Shown here piece after piece: positions 50,167 through 62,692 of a stretch of 62,692 bases of DNA. A program made the translations under genes and the position numbers. Origin of the DNA: Octopus bimaculoides (lineage: Eukaryota); the NCBI RefSeq assembly GCF_001194135.2, contig NC_068981.1:147271403-147334094 (forward strand), in the 5' to 3' direction. Every line of letters starts with the position of its first letter. Within the stretch, counting starts at the first letter, position 1. Under the pieces are notes generated by a model, which saw only the letters and a program-made list of their open reading frames with translations, did not search any database and was not told where the DNA came from.

Positions 50167-52477
50167 AACTGAAGGAAACAAGAAAATGCTGGAAATGATT
50201 CATTTGATAAAGATAACATCTTATTCACTAAATTGGAATTTGTTGAACTCTTTCATAATCTCATTCAACATTTTCAAACTTAAAAAAAGTATTCACCAGT
50301 CATTTTTGGAATAGAACATGGCATGAAGGAGATTTTTTATTTTATTTTTAAATCTTTTCTCATCCTAATTTCCAATTTGCCTCTTGCATTGAAAAGAAAA
50401 ATTATATCTGTCATAATTTCCATCTCTCTTGCATTGAAAGAATTTCATTGGACTCACAAGAACTAAATTATATGTAGTTACCATTTTATGAATTTCCATT
50501 GTAGGCAACCATCAAATTAAGGAAAAAAAAAAGTTTTCTAATTTGGTAGACTTCTCCAATGATCTCACACGTAATTCTGGAAAATATTTGAAAGCCTGTA
50601 AAAACACTACCTGAATTAATTCAAAGTATAGCATTCCAGATTAATTTTGAAAGTGTTGTCCTGAACAGTGGTTATTTTAAGTTTGTATTCTGAATTTTAA
50701 TAAGTGGAATTAAAACTTATACAGTTTCAACCATGCTTTGTCTTCTCCTGCCAAGGAAAAAAAAAAAGCAAGCTTAATCATTTACCACTTAAATGTTTTA
50801 AATTTTGTGAGGCTCCAAATATTTTAGTTTAAAAAAAAAAAAAAATTCCATTTTAAGAATAACATTTTTCTTCATAAAGAATCTCTTGGAATAATCCTTC
50901 CTTAATTTTCAGTTGAATTATTCAGGAATTATATTTAGAAAGGGAAAAAGGAAGGAGGAAATCTACTTTGAAATCCCAAACCTTGTGCCTTGGTCCCTTA
51001 GTCTGGATCTTTATTTGCAGTCTTTCTGCTCTCATATTTCAAATTCCTGAAGTCTTTAAGACCTCAGACATGTGATTCTCTCTCTCTCCCCCACCTTTCC
51101 ATTTTATTACTATCACTCATATTGAGTGCTTCTAACTGGGAAATGTGGTTCTAACCCCTCCTCAAACCATTTATATTTTTACATCTTATTAGTGTTGCTA
51201 CTACAATGGACAAATTCATTTTAAATAAATTTCAACATGAGAAGACATAGTGTAGCTGATCATCTCCTTATTTTCAGTTATACCAACTTCCAAGGAATAC
51301 AAGAAATTTTTCTATTAATGCCTGTTTATATTTGGCTGCTCTTTTTTTTTTTTTAAAACTTTTGTTCTATGATGACTCTAAAGACATGTATATACTGTTC
51401 CTTGAAATGTTTCGTTAAGAGTGAAAGATTCCTTTAAAGCAAAGGGGAAGTATAGTCATTTGCAACAATCCCTTATTTTCCATGTAATCAGATTAAAAAA
51501 AAAAAAATTAAACAAATAAATTTATAATCCATCTATATGGTTTGTTTTTCTATTTTAAACTCCAGTTTTGTTAACATAACTGAGTCTCTTTTTTTTATAA
51601 ATGTCCTGAGTTTTCAAAAGGAAGATTCTATGTAAGTTTATTTTCTGATTTCTAAATCAGTATCACATCATATTTCTCTGGTTAAACAACCTGAAGTCCA
51701 ACTGATAAAAGGTTTGTTGAATATTCAACAGTAATTCAATTATTTATGAAGTAACCGTGTAACCACAACCTAGATGAGAACCATACAATCCTGACATACT
51801 ATGATAAATCCTTTGGGAGTAGGAGGTGGTATTTATAATTTTGAAATAAGTATTTTCTTGTACAATGAAGACAACATCACCATTTAATGTCCGTTGCTCA
51901 ATACTCTGAAGTTAAATAACGAGTATAAAAAATAAAGTATCAATGTCAGGAAGCTAGCTAATGTAGCATTTTTTTCTCCCAAGGCAGAAAGCTGTGATTT
52001 GAGAGAGAATTGGTTGCTATTTCTTGTTAGTCAAGTAACTTATAAAAGGCTCCTTCATTAGCTCTTAAGTATTTAAGCAAAAGGCAATTTTTGTAGGGTA
52101 GGCTTGTACAGCTACTTTATGTTATAGTTTTGATATACAGTTATCCCTTACCATATCATGGTTTATTATCTAAGCTTATGTCGACTCTTCTGTGGTGGTG
52201 TTTTGCATTTATGATAAAATATATACAAATTATTAAAAAAATATATACAATACTGTTTCTACTTTGTGAATTTTCAAATATATCGTGGTTTTGGAATATA
52301 ACATCTGCAATAGTCGAGGGATTACTGTAATAGCTAATTTATATTTATGATTATTTTATTGATACTGAAGGGTGAAAAGGATTTGAAATGTAAACCTAAA
52401 TTGATGAAATTAAATATTGTGTTCATTTAATTCACTGCTGTGTTAAAGATAGCAATTAGTATCAACTTATCAAGTCA

Positions 52478-53314
52478 TTGATTGAGAATAAGCCACATTG
52501 CACAACCCGAGAATTGGCAGAACGCCTCAACCTATCAAAATCTGTCAATCATGAGCACCTGGTAAAGCTTGGGTACAAACTTGAGTTGAATGAGAAGAAC
52601 CTTTTGGATCGCATTTTCATCTGTGATTCGCTTTATAAACGGAATGAAAATGTGCCTTTTTTTTATAAAGCAAATTATGACAGGTGATGAGAAATGGATT
52701 ATCTACCGAAATGTTCAGAGAAAGTGATCCTGGAATAAGCGAATGAGCCACTCTTCGCCACCCCAAAAGCGGATCTTCACCTTGAAAAAGTCTTGCTTTG
52801 TTTCTGGTGGGACTGGAAAGGAATTCTGTACTATGAGCTTCTCCCAAGTAACCAGACAATTAATTCTGTGAAATACTGCACACAACTGGACGAGTTAAAT
52901 GCAGCAATTCAAGAGAAACGTCCAGAATTGGCCAACAGGAAGGGTGTTGTTTTCCAACATGATGATGCAAGATTGCACGTTTCTTTGGGAACCAGACAAA
53001 AATTGCTGTAGCTTGGCTGTGATGTGTTTCACCTGATATTGCTCCTTCGGATTTCCACTTATTTAGGTCTCTGCAGAATAGTCTTAATGGTAAAAATTTC
53101 AGTTCCTTGGATGACGTAAAGAGATACCTTGATGAATTCTTTGCCATGAAACCACCTCAATTCTGGGAAGAGGGTATTTTCAAGTTATAGGAAATATGGA
53201 GATGCATTGTGCAAGAAAATGGTTCATATTTGGTTGATTAAAAATGTAATGGCAAGTATTTATTGACCTTTTTCTTTCCTTTAAAAATCTGCATGAACTT
53301 TCCAGACAACCCAA
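52478..53314 (+). mobile_element. Mariner (D,D34D-type) transposase relic with right TIR
   Basis: MTGDEKW, WWDWKGILYYELL, FQHDDARLH and PDIAPSDFHLFRSL motifs with stops and frameshifts. The right TIR ends ...GACAACCCAA at 53314 followed by TA; no left TIR was found. Confidence 0.9.
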
Positions 53315-53430
53315 TAGTTCCTAGTGTAATCCAAACTTGGAGAAATACTGCAATGTGTTCAGTTCAGACAACTGATAGTTGATTATATATTTAAGCTAAG
53401 TTTACTGATTGGAATGTGTAATGAAACAAA

Positions 53431-53461
<31 letters not shown>

Positions 53462-56400
53462 GCACAGTTTATCACCAGTCTTAAAAAAAAAAATAGAAAA
53501 GTAAAAATAACAAAACAAATTGTTTCATATAAAACAGCTTTATCTCAAAAGAAAATGATGAATTATGGCACATGTAATAACTAGTGACCAATAAATTACC
53601 TTTTGTTAAACATAAATTAAGTGTTTTAATGTGATACCACAAGATGGATTAGTGTGATAAATACTGCGATGTAGAGATGTGTAACCATACCAGCAGGGAG
53701 AGAGTGAGTGAGTTTAACTGGCAAGTAGGTGACCTGTTTGAAGCTGAAGACGACATACCCATATTGATGGAGGTCTTGTTTCATTGAGACTTCAATGTAA
53801 ACAGACCAATGGAAATGTATAGTTTTTTTTTGTTTTTTTTAAAAAAGGGTGATAGGTGAGGAATTATGGATCAGGAAACTTACACTAGTAATATCCAGGA
53901 CTGTTTCAGGCAGGAAATGATAAATAATGGCAGACTGTCACAACACACACACACTTTTATTTTCACACACACACCTTTTGCATCAAATAGACAAACAGAA
54001 ATTTTTTTTATTGTGTATGTTTTAATACAATATACCAACTTTGTGAAGTTGATGGGGTTATGGTGGTAGTCAGTGGCACACATGGAAAAGAAGAGAAAAC
54101 AGTGTCTCAATAACTTAGTTGTAGAATATTCTTTTTAAATAAGACAATATGTATATATATATTTCCAGAATAAATGACTGGTCTTTTTGGAAAAAAAAAA
54201 AAATCAAAATGAATTTATGACAAAAAAACAAAATGAAATGTAAAATAAATAAATGCTATCCAAATGGAAAGTATTTGGTTCTTTTAATTATGAAGAATAA
54301 AAGATGTTTTGTTTTAAAAAAAGAAAAGGTATGGGAGAAATAAAGAGTATTGTATGAATGAGAGACTGTTCTCCTCCATCAATAAGTGTAGCCTCAAATG
54401 GAATTGCACTGATCCAAGCTGTCTGTATTAATGACAACTGTAGGTTTGGTTTACTTTGAAAAGGATAGCTTAAAGCTGAAGTGATGATACTTTAAGTGTT
54501 TGAAGATTTTAGCTAAAGTTCAGTTTGTAGACTTTGTGACAATGAAGAAAAAAAATAATAATTATACAACTACTTGTACTCATATTAATAAAGCAGAACC
54601 TCTTTTTATTTGAATAAATGTTAATGAAAGAATTTTGAATTCAATTTTTAAGAAATCCATGAGAAAAAGGACTAAAATAAAAGACAGTTTGAAAAATCAT
54701 TTCTAAAAGAATTCTTTAAGTGAACCACAGCTGCCAAAAGCCACTGACTGTTGGTTAGATGTGTGTGTGTGTGTGTGTGATGTTTAATCATTTTTTTTTT
54801 CTATGAGTTATACTGAGTATTGGTGGAGACATTAAACTTCTATAGGTACAGTTTTTTAAGGGAGAGGGAAAATGGCATTAATGCCTTTCTAATGCTAAGT
54901 CCAGGAGTTGAAATCAAGCTGTTTGCTTAATTTTTGAAAGTTTCCTTGAAATATAAATTACAAACAAAAATATTAAAAAAAAAAAAAATACATAACAAAA
55001 GATACTATAAAAACTGACTCAAAAAATTTAATGAAAAATGGGGTAAAAAAAAAAAAAAAAGGCGACTAGTATGGGCTCCCAGCATACGACGACACCAACA
55101 CCAGCATCTGAGTCAGATGAAGACTAGCATAAAGCAGGCCTTGGCAAGAATTTGGATTGAAGTTCTGCTACATTTGTGCCAAAATGTTATAGTATGATTA
55201 GCCAGTCTTTCACATATCTACAGATCTATAATGCAGGATTTTGACCCAACAACTCTTTTTATATATATATATATATATATATATAATGTACATACATAAA
55301 CACTATATGCAACCTTTATTGGTCAGTTTCCATCAATAGGGTATCAATATTCAATCAAGTTGATAATAACTGAGGATTAGCTTAATTAGGTTAAAATAAA
55401 AACAAAAACTAATCAAAACACTTAAAACAGTTTCTGTGTAAAATATATATGGTTGGCTAATTATGTTTTTATTCATATTATCAATAGACTAATCAAAAAC
55501 AAAATCTAAAAGGCAACAGCAATGTACAGAGATAGTGAATTAGAGCATTTAGTAAAGCCAGTTTAAAAAAAATATAATATATATATATAACACTGTCAAA
55601 GTGTTATTCGCTTAACCCTTTTAAATCTGACCTTCCCATAATAAAGTGTTAATATTTAGGTTAGAATCTATCAAAATCTCCTTGCATTATGAATGATATT
55701 GTGAGATTTCAGTCAACAACACAGTATATACAAATATGTAGTTACAGATAGTTTAGTAAACATCTGAAGTTTTAACTACATAGAAAATTAACTGAAACAC
55801 GTAAGCTGTCTATTCAAAAATATAGTCACAAAAAAGGGTTAAGAGACAGAAACCACTCTATGATTATAGATTTATTTCGTTCAGTCTGTTTTTAATACAG
55901 ATACTTATTAATTTGTTAAGAAATATTAATGAAATAAGAATAGAAAGAAAAGCTGTAAATATTTATTTTGATGATAAATCTACTACAGAAAGTTGGTTAG
56001 TTAACACACCTAAGGTTAAGAAAACAATCTTGCTATGGTCAACCCAAGTTTAGATATTAGTAGATTCCAATATTCTCTTGAGGCGCGAAACCAATCGTGA
56101 AATAAAATGATTATCATGAAATTCAGATGTGTGTTATGTAATGCAATTGGGTTAAGTAATTAAAATAATTGAGTTAGAAGTAGTCATTGGAACTACTAGA
56201 TTAGGCTTCGTGGTAGCAGTAGTGGTGAGTATGAAAGTAATAATAATAATAATGTTGCAGTCGAGGGTAGCAGCAGCAGCAGTAACTAAGTTGTGGGAAA
56301 AGCTTATTGCCTGAAAGTTAACTGATCAATACTTAATGCTGTTTATTAATTAATATAAGTGTGAGTGAGAAATATTTCATTTAGAAAGGATGGATTTCAT

Positions 56401-57796
56401 ATAATAAGTTGAAAGCAAACTGCAAGATTCTTTCATAATCAAAGTTTCTTGAAGAAAGCAACTATAAGGACAGAAAGGTGGTGGTGGTCAAATGTAAGTC
56501 ATGCAAACAGTCGGTGGCAAGAGATTCATCAATATTAATAACGACTTTGACAATTATGTACATTCACTAAATTTAGATAATTAACAAAAGTAAAAAAAAA
56601 GAAAGGTTATTAGATTAAAGTTTTAATATATATATGTATATATATGAATATAATATGTTAATAACCTAAATCAATCATAAAAAAGAGGTTGGGTGAATTA
56701 ATATGAGACAAGCTGAGGGTAAAAAGAAGAAAAAAAATTAAACAAAATTATTAGTTTAAGTTATGAAAGGCAAATAACCACAAAAGAATTGTTATTTTTT
56801 AACAATCCCAAAGTAGCTATTAGTTTTTTAGTCTTTGGTATTAAAAGCCAGTGCAAACTGTACTGTAAGGTCAGAACATGTACTAGGAATGTTGTATTAA
56901 ATGTTAATAAAGCTGAAATTAGAAAATTTTGCTGGGCTGGATTGGAGGAAGAGTTATGAACCTGAAGAGGCGGGAAATGCGAGAATATGAAAACTTTTCC
57001 AGGAAAAGTTCTCAGGTCTGTTTATTTGACTTTTGACAAGAGCCATGACATTGAGTGGGCAGGAGAAAATATAATAAAAAGTCATTCAACTGCTTTTCCA
57101 TTTTAAGTTTTTTTTTTTCCCCCAAATTATTTTTTTGTTTTTGTTTTTAAAGAATTTTGAAATTGAATTATTTCAAAGAAAGGATATCTATATATTTTTG
57201 AAAAATCTTCTATTTGACATTGGAAAGACAAAGAAAAATAAACAAATAAAATAAAAAAAGGGAGAGAGAGGAAGACATAAATTGGTTATCGAAGATAATT
57301 GTTTAATAAAAAAAAAACTGAATAGTGAGGGAGAAAAAATCCTAAAAGGGAAAGTCAGAAAAGAAAAAAAAAAAAAAAATTGGCAGGATTAACAGTCTGA
57401 CAGACTTGTGTGTGATTAGGCCTCAAATAGATCTCTCCAGAAGAAGTAATACTAAAAACTAGAGTAAAAAAGATATTGAAGAAAATATTTTTCCCTGAGT
57501 GGATTATTCAGTGAATTACTATTTGACTTATAATTTAATAATAATGGCAACCAAATGGAAGATAATTACTTTAATAACAAAACATATAGTACCAAGTACT
57601 TTAAGAAAAATGTAAACTTGATTGGAGGACAGAAACTGCTTGGCTGTGGAGCCTGCATTTTCCAAAGAAAATTAGAACTGAAATAAGAATTAAATATTTG
57701 TCTCTTTCTCGCCAATACGCACACTTTCTCACTTTATGTCTCTCTCTCTCTCTCTTTCTTTCTCTTTCTCCCCCAAGTATGTTCACTCTCTGGATT

Positions 57797-57834
<38 letters not shown>

Positions 57835-58502
57835 ACACACACATTGTAGGAATAAAGTAGTTGTAAGATGTACTTTCATACATATCTCTAAAACAAGACA
57901 AACAAACAAAAAAAGGGAGGGGGAACAAAAGATAAAAAAAAAGTAGAAAGTAGTCAAATAGAAGAGCTAGAAAAATATATAGATGTCTGGAATGTTTCTT
58001 TTGTTTTGGGTGCAATGAAGAGGAAAATAATAATACCTGAATNNNNNNNNNNNNNNNNNNNNNNNNNNNNNNNNNNNNNNNNNNNNNNNNNNNNNNNNNN
58101 NNNNNNNNNNNNNNNNNNNNNNNNNNNNNNNNNNNNNNNNNNNNNNNNNNNNNNNNNNNNNNNNNNNNNNNNNNNNNNNNNNNNNNNNNNNNNNNNNNNN
58201 NNNNNNNNNNNNNNNNNNNNNNNNNNNNNNNNNNNNNNNNNNNNNNNNNNNNNNNNNNNNNNNNNNNNNNNNNNNNNNNNNNNNNNNNNNNNNNNNNNNN
58301 NNNNNNNNNNNNNNNNNNNNNNNNNNNNNNNNNNNNNNNNNNNNNNNNNNNNNNNNNNNNNNNNNNNNNNNNNNNNNNNNNNNNNNNNNNNNNNNNNNNN
58401 NNNNNNNNNNNNNNNNNNNNNNNNNNNNNNNNNNNNNNNNNNNNNNNNNNNNNNNNNNNNNNNNNNNNNNNNNNNNNNNNNNNNNNNNNNNNNNNNNNNN
58501 NN

Positions 58503-58543
<41 letters not shown>

Positions 58544-59965
58544 TCACACACATATACATACGCACATATCTACATATGTATATATATAGGAAAATGAAAA
58601 AAAGCCAGAATGCTGAACTGGAAGCATAATTTAATAAAGATTTTTTCTAACCGGTTTTCATTGTGATGAAGCAAATTATCAAGAAGAAGGAGAATGAAAA
58701 TGTTTTTTTACAAAGAAGTACAAAAAAGTACAAAATGAAGAAAATAATATATAAAACAATAATATATAAAAAAAATAAATATACCCATACATTATATTGT
58801 CTTTGAGCTTTTGTAGTTCAATAGTACATATATGTATGTATATATATATATGTACAAATGCATGCCTACATACATAAACAAGATGCTTGTACAATATTTT
58901 TAGTATATATCAAAGAGACGCTATAGAAATTTCCCCGCTTCCTTCTTCATTAAATTTTAACACACTATTGCTGTCGTTTTTTTAAATGAAAACCTGGTAA
59001 AGTGTTGAAAGTAACTTTATATATATATAGTGAGAGAGAGAGAGAGAGGAAGAGTGTATGTGAAGAAATTTAAATAATCACCAAAGTATCTCTGAATAAT
59101 CAGAATGGAAAACTGGAAAGTAACAAAACTGATAGCTGCCACCATTTCAAAAATAGATGGTATACATATCACCTGATATTTTAGGTGACTCAACCGTTCT
59201 ATTTCACATGTTCATGGAAGCAATTTAATCAATGGACACAGGCTGAAACACAACTACTAAGCAAAATGGAGACATTATGTTAATTATAGTAGTTATAACT
59301 ATTAGTAACCATGCTGTAAACTGAATGCCTAGTCTAATGTTAGCACTGGTTAGTCATAGCTTGAATCTCGTGTTTAATTAGAAAAGATGTGGCTACTTTC
59401 TCAAAATAGTTGCTGTTCAACTAAACAGAAAACAACATTGTTAAAGATAACTGGCTCACTTTTTCACAATGAGTTTATAAATTTCGTCATAATTTATAAA
59501 GCTAGAATTGTCTTGCTGTTAAAAAGATTTCATCTGTGTTTTAGTGAAAATGCATTTCATGGGATATTTGTATTATATAAAAGCCAATGTGCATGAGATA
59601 ACATGCAAATGAGTAGGTGTATGACTTTATATAGGCATAATTTATGCAGGTAAAAACCATAGTTACAGTCACATAAATATATAGTATTTTGTTGAGAGCT
59701 ATTTAACTATTATCATCAAACTAAGTGACTGAAAAGTTATTCTGCTGACTACAACAAATGTAGATTTTGCTTAGTAAAACTTGGATTATTTGCTCAAATC
59801 AAGTGAAATGATCACTATATATAAATGTGTGTGTGTATTATATATATATATATGAAATCCATAAAGAACAGAAAACAACAACCATTTCAGTAGACAGTTA
59901 AGTATTCAAATGGGCATTATTTTCTAATTCCTAAATAGAATTATGGTTTTGAATATCAGTCCAGA

Positions 59966-60013
<48 letters not shown>

Positions 60014-61017
60014 ATAGAAATGTGTTTACAGTTTTAAGACATCAACTGAGCAGTTAGCTATGAAGTTTTTAAGATATCTTAACAAGAAAAATAGTTGGAA
60101 TGTTACTGAAGATGCAAAATAAAGTGTAGTTTTATATGAAGGAACATTAAATAATTTCAAATGCTATTCACTATTTTTTCCTTAATTCTAAGAGATAATT
60201 CAAATCAAGCAGTGGAAACTAAGAAGAATTCAAATTTTCAAGACAATGTTGAAATATATAGGTAATAAAGTTTTTATTAATGCCTCTCTCTCTCTCTCTC
60301 TCTCTCTACTCTTCCCTCTACTCTCTCAACTTCACTTTTACAATCCTATGAGGAAAATAATACAGAAAAAGTAACCTCTGCCCATTTTAAAATCTGTGAC
60401 ATATTTCTTAACCATTGAGTTTATATATTTATTTTTTGTAAAGTTTAAAAAGAAATATCTTTAATTTCAAAAGATTTTAAAATTATGACAGTTGATTACA
60501 CACACATACATATATACATACATATACACACACACATGTATACACATATCTATTTTATGTACAACATAGTCCAAATCAGAACTGAAATAATATCTTTTTA
60601 TTTCAGTATACATGTATATGTGTGTGCATATATACATACAAACACACAACCATGCACACATGTATATTGTATATATGTAAAACAAATAAAAAAATCGGAA
60701 GTTGAGGTGAATGGCAGAATAAAAAGTAAAGGAACATGTTAGGTTAGTTATATGTTGTGAACTGAATGAAGTCAATGGTTAAGAATATTAGAAGAAAGAA
60801 AAAAAAAACCCCCTTTAATAACCCCCCTTTAATCTAGAAAGATTTCCCACTTTTTATAATTTCCCATCCACTATTCACTGATATAATGTAGATTACTAAG
60901 GATAGACCTTTCGATGTTTCCCCTCCCTCACATATGTGCACAACCTAGAGAGACTTAGGTCACACCTGCAGGACTATGGATTCTCAAGAACAAGATTTCA
61001 CCAGATTTTCATGGCAA

Positions 61018-61120
61018 CTATCGTTCTGGAGGCCGCTCTAGACTGTAAAGTTTTCGTTTCTCTCGACAATGTCGCTTGTGTACTGGCCAGTCATTTTGTT
61101 GGCAGTATGTGCCACAATAT
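61018..61120 (-). CDS. ZMYND19: MYND zinc-finger protein 19, last coding exon (upstream exons lie right of the window)
   Basis: Minus-strand polypyrimidine acceptor tttttcgttttcag|; (R)YCGTYCQQNDWPVHKRHCREKRKLYSLERPPER then TAG. This is the C-terminal half of a MYND finger and matches the recalled ZMYND19 end [33 protein letters not shown]. Confidence 0.88.
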
Positions 61121-61179
61121 CTGAAAACGAAAAATAGAAAAAAGAAAACAATAATAATAATAATGATTTAAAATTTTGG

Positions 61180-61861
61180 CACAAGGCCAGCAAGTTTGGG
61201 GGAAAGGTAAGTTGATTACACCAACCCCAGTGCTCAACTGGTAACTATTTTATTTATTTCTTTATTGCCCACAGGGGGCCAAAACATAGAGGGGATAAAC
61301 AAGGACAGACAAAGGGATTAAGTCGATTACATCGACCTCAGTGCATATTTAATTGACCCCAAAAGGATGAAAGGCAAAGTCGACCTCGGCAGAATTTGAA
61401 CTCAGAACGTAAAGGCAGATGAAATACCACTAAGCATTTCACCCGGCATGCTAACGATTCTGTCAGCTTGCTGCCCTGAAAACTGGTACTTATTTTATTG
61501 ACCCCAAAAGGATGAAAGGCAAAGTTGACCTCAGTAGAATTTGAACTCAGAACATGAAGACAGATGAAATACTGATATGCACTTCACCTGATGTGCTAAC
61601 AATTCTGCCAGCTTATCACCTTAAATAATAATAGCGTTAATAGTAATAATAATAATTATCCTTTCAAGGGAAGCTTGGGAGAGGTGGGGATGTGTTGATT
61701 ACATTGACCCCAGTGTTCAACTGGTACACATTTTATCAACCTGAAAAGGATGAAAGGCAAAGTCAGCCTCACTGGAATTCGAACTCAGAACATAGCGATG
61801 GGCAAAATATCGCTAAGCATTTTGTCCAGCATGCTAACAATTCTGCCAGCTCGTCGCCTTA

Positions 61862-61892
<31 letters not shown>

Positions 61893-62440
61893 TAAGTATG
61901 TAACTGGTACTTATTTCATCAACCTCAAAAGAATGAAGAGACAAGTTGATCCTGGTGAAATTTGAAATCAAAATGTAACGATGGATGAAATACTGTTATG
62001 CTCTCACAAATGAGAATACTAAAAATGAACCAGACTGCTCTCAAAAATTAAGTAAAAAACAGGAAAAATAATCTAGAATCCTTGTGCAGTACCAGATCGA
62101 TCCCAAAATCTAATCAGTTCATGCCAGTCATGAGGCCAAACATCCCTGAAAGTTTCATCTGAATCCATCCAGCGATTCTTGAGATATCTTGTCCACAGAC
62201 AAACAAACATGACCGAAAACAATACCTCCACCAAGACGGAGGTAATAATAACCTTTTCTATTATAAGCACAAGGTCTGCAATTTTGAGGGGAGGGGACTA
62301 GTCAATTGCATTGACCTCAGTGTTAAACTGGTACTTATTTCATCTATTCCAAAAGGATGAAAGACAAAATCAACTTTGGTAGCATTTGAATTTAGAGCAT
62401 AAAGATGCACAAAATGCTGCAAAGCATTTGGCCTGGTATG
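61180..62440 (-). mobile_element. Cluster of about five same-orientation SINE copies (16502 family) in the last ZMYND19 intron
   Basis: Variants of the core GGATGAAAGGCAAAGT..ACCTC...GAATTTGAACTCAGAAC recur at ~61365, 61510, 61748, 61930 and 62353. Confidence 0.85.
62090..62250 (+). mobile_element. Probable non-autonomous Helentron/DINE-like element, 3' part
   Basis: AAGTTTCATCTGAATCCATCCAG...GACAAACAAAC, then a terminal hairpin TACCTCC-accaagac-GGAGGTA (62223-62244) and AATAA. The family is assigned by pattern only. Confidence 0.5.
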
Positions 62441-62444
62441 CTAA

Positions 62445-62692
62445 TCATCATCATCATCATCATCATCATCGTTTAACGTCCGCTTTCCATGCTAGCATGG
62501 GTTGGACGATTTGACTGAGGACTGGTGAAACCGGATGGCAACACCAGGCTCCAATCTAATTTGGCAGAGTTTCTACAGCTGGATGCCCTTCCTAACGCCA
62601 ACCACTCAGAGAGTGTAGTGGGTGCTTTTACGTGTCACCCACACGAAAACGGCCACGCTCGAAATGGTGTCTTTTATGTGCCACCCGCACAA
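62445..62692 (-). mobile_element. RTE-family 3' tail, little decayed, runs off the window
   Basis: (CAT)n followed by the reverse complement of the tail at 36500-36776. Confidence 0.88.

Noticed and set aside
55105-55119. 15-bp palindrome CATCTGAGTCAGATG around an AP-1-type TGAGTCA
   Set aside because: A single short palindrome in 62 kb with no supporting context cannot be distinguished from chance.

Overview
AT-rich animal genomic DNA with six N-gaps, most likely from an octopus (inferred from the SINE and RTE-LINE families I recognise; not database-checked). Three host genes are visible, and the ORF track misses most of their exons because they are short. (1) The first coding exon of PPP6C (PP6 catalytic subunit) is on the minus strand at 8365-8439; the rest lies left of the window. 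(2) A complete 13-exon CDC73 (parafibromin) gene is on the plus strand at 20812-50166; I spliced it by hand to 1569 nt, 522 aa plus stop, with all introns GT-AG. (3) The last coding exon of ZMYND19 is on the minus strand at 61018-61120, convergent with CDC73. The remainder is decayed mobile DNA: Penelope-like retroelements, two of them with minimal hammerhead-ribozyme motifs, plus Tx1/L1, CR1-like and RTE LINEs, several SINE families, hAT and Tc1/mariner MITEs, a mariner relic, a MULE relic, a Helentron-like element, a ~290-bp fold-back, and many microsatellites. There is no CRISPR array, rRNA or convincing tRNA gene. I found no clearly new system. The best leads are the RNA-structure elements (hammerheads, fold-back, tandem two-hairpin modules), the poly-Asp linker of one Penelope-like element, CDC73 intron differences versus human, and a possible very long ZMYND19 3' UTR.
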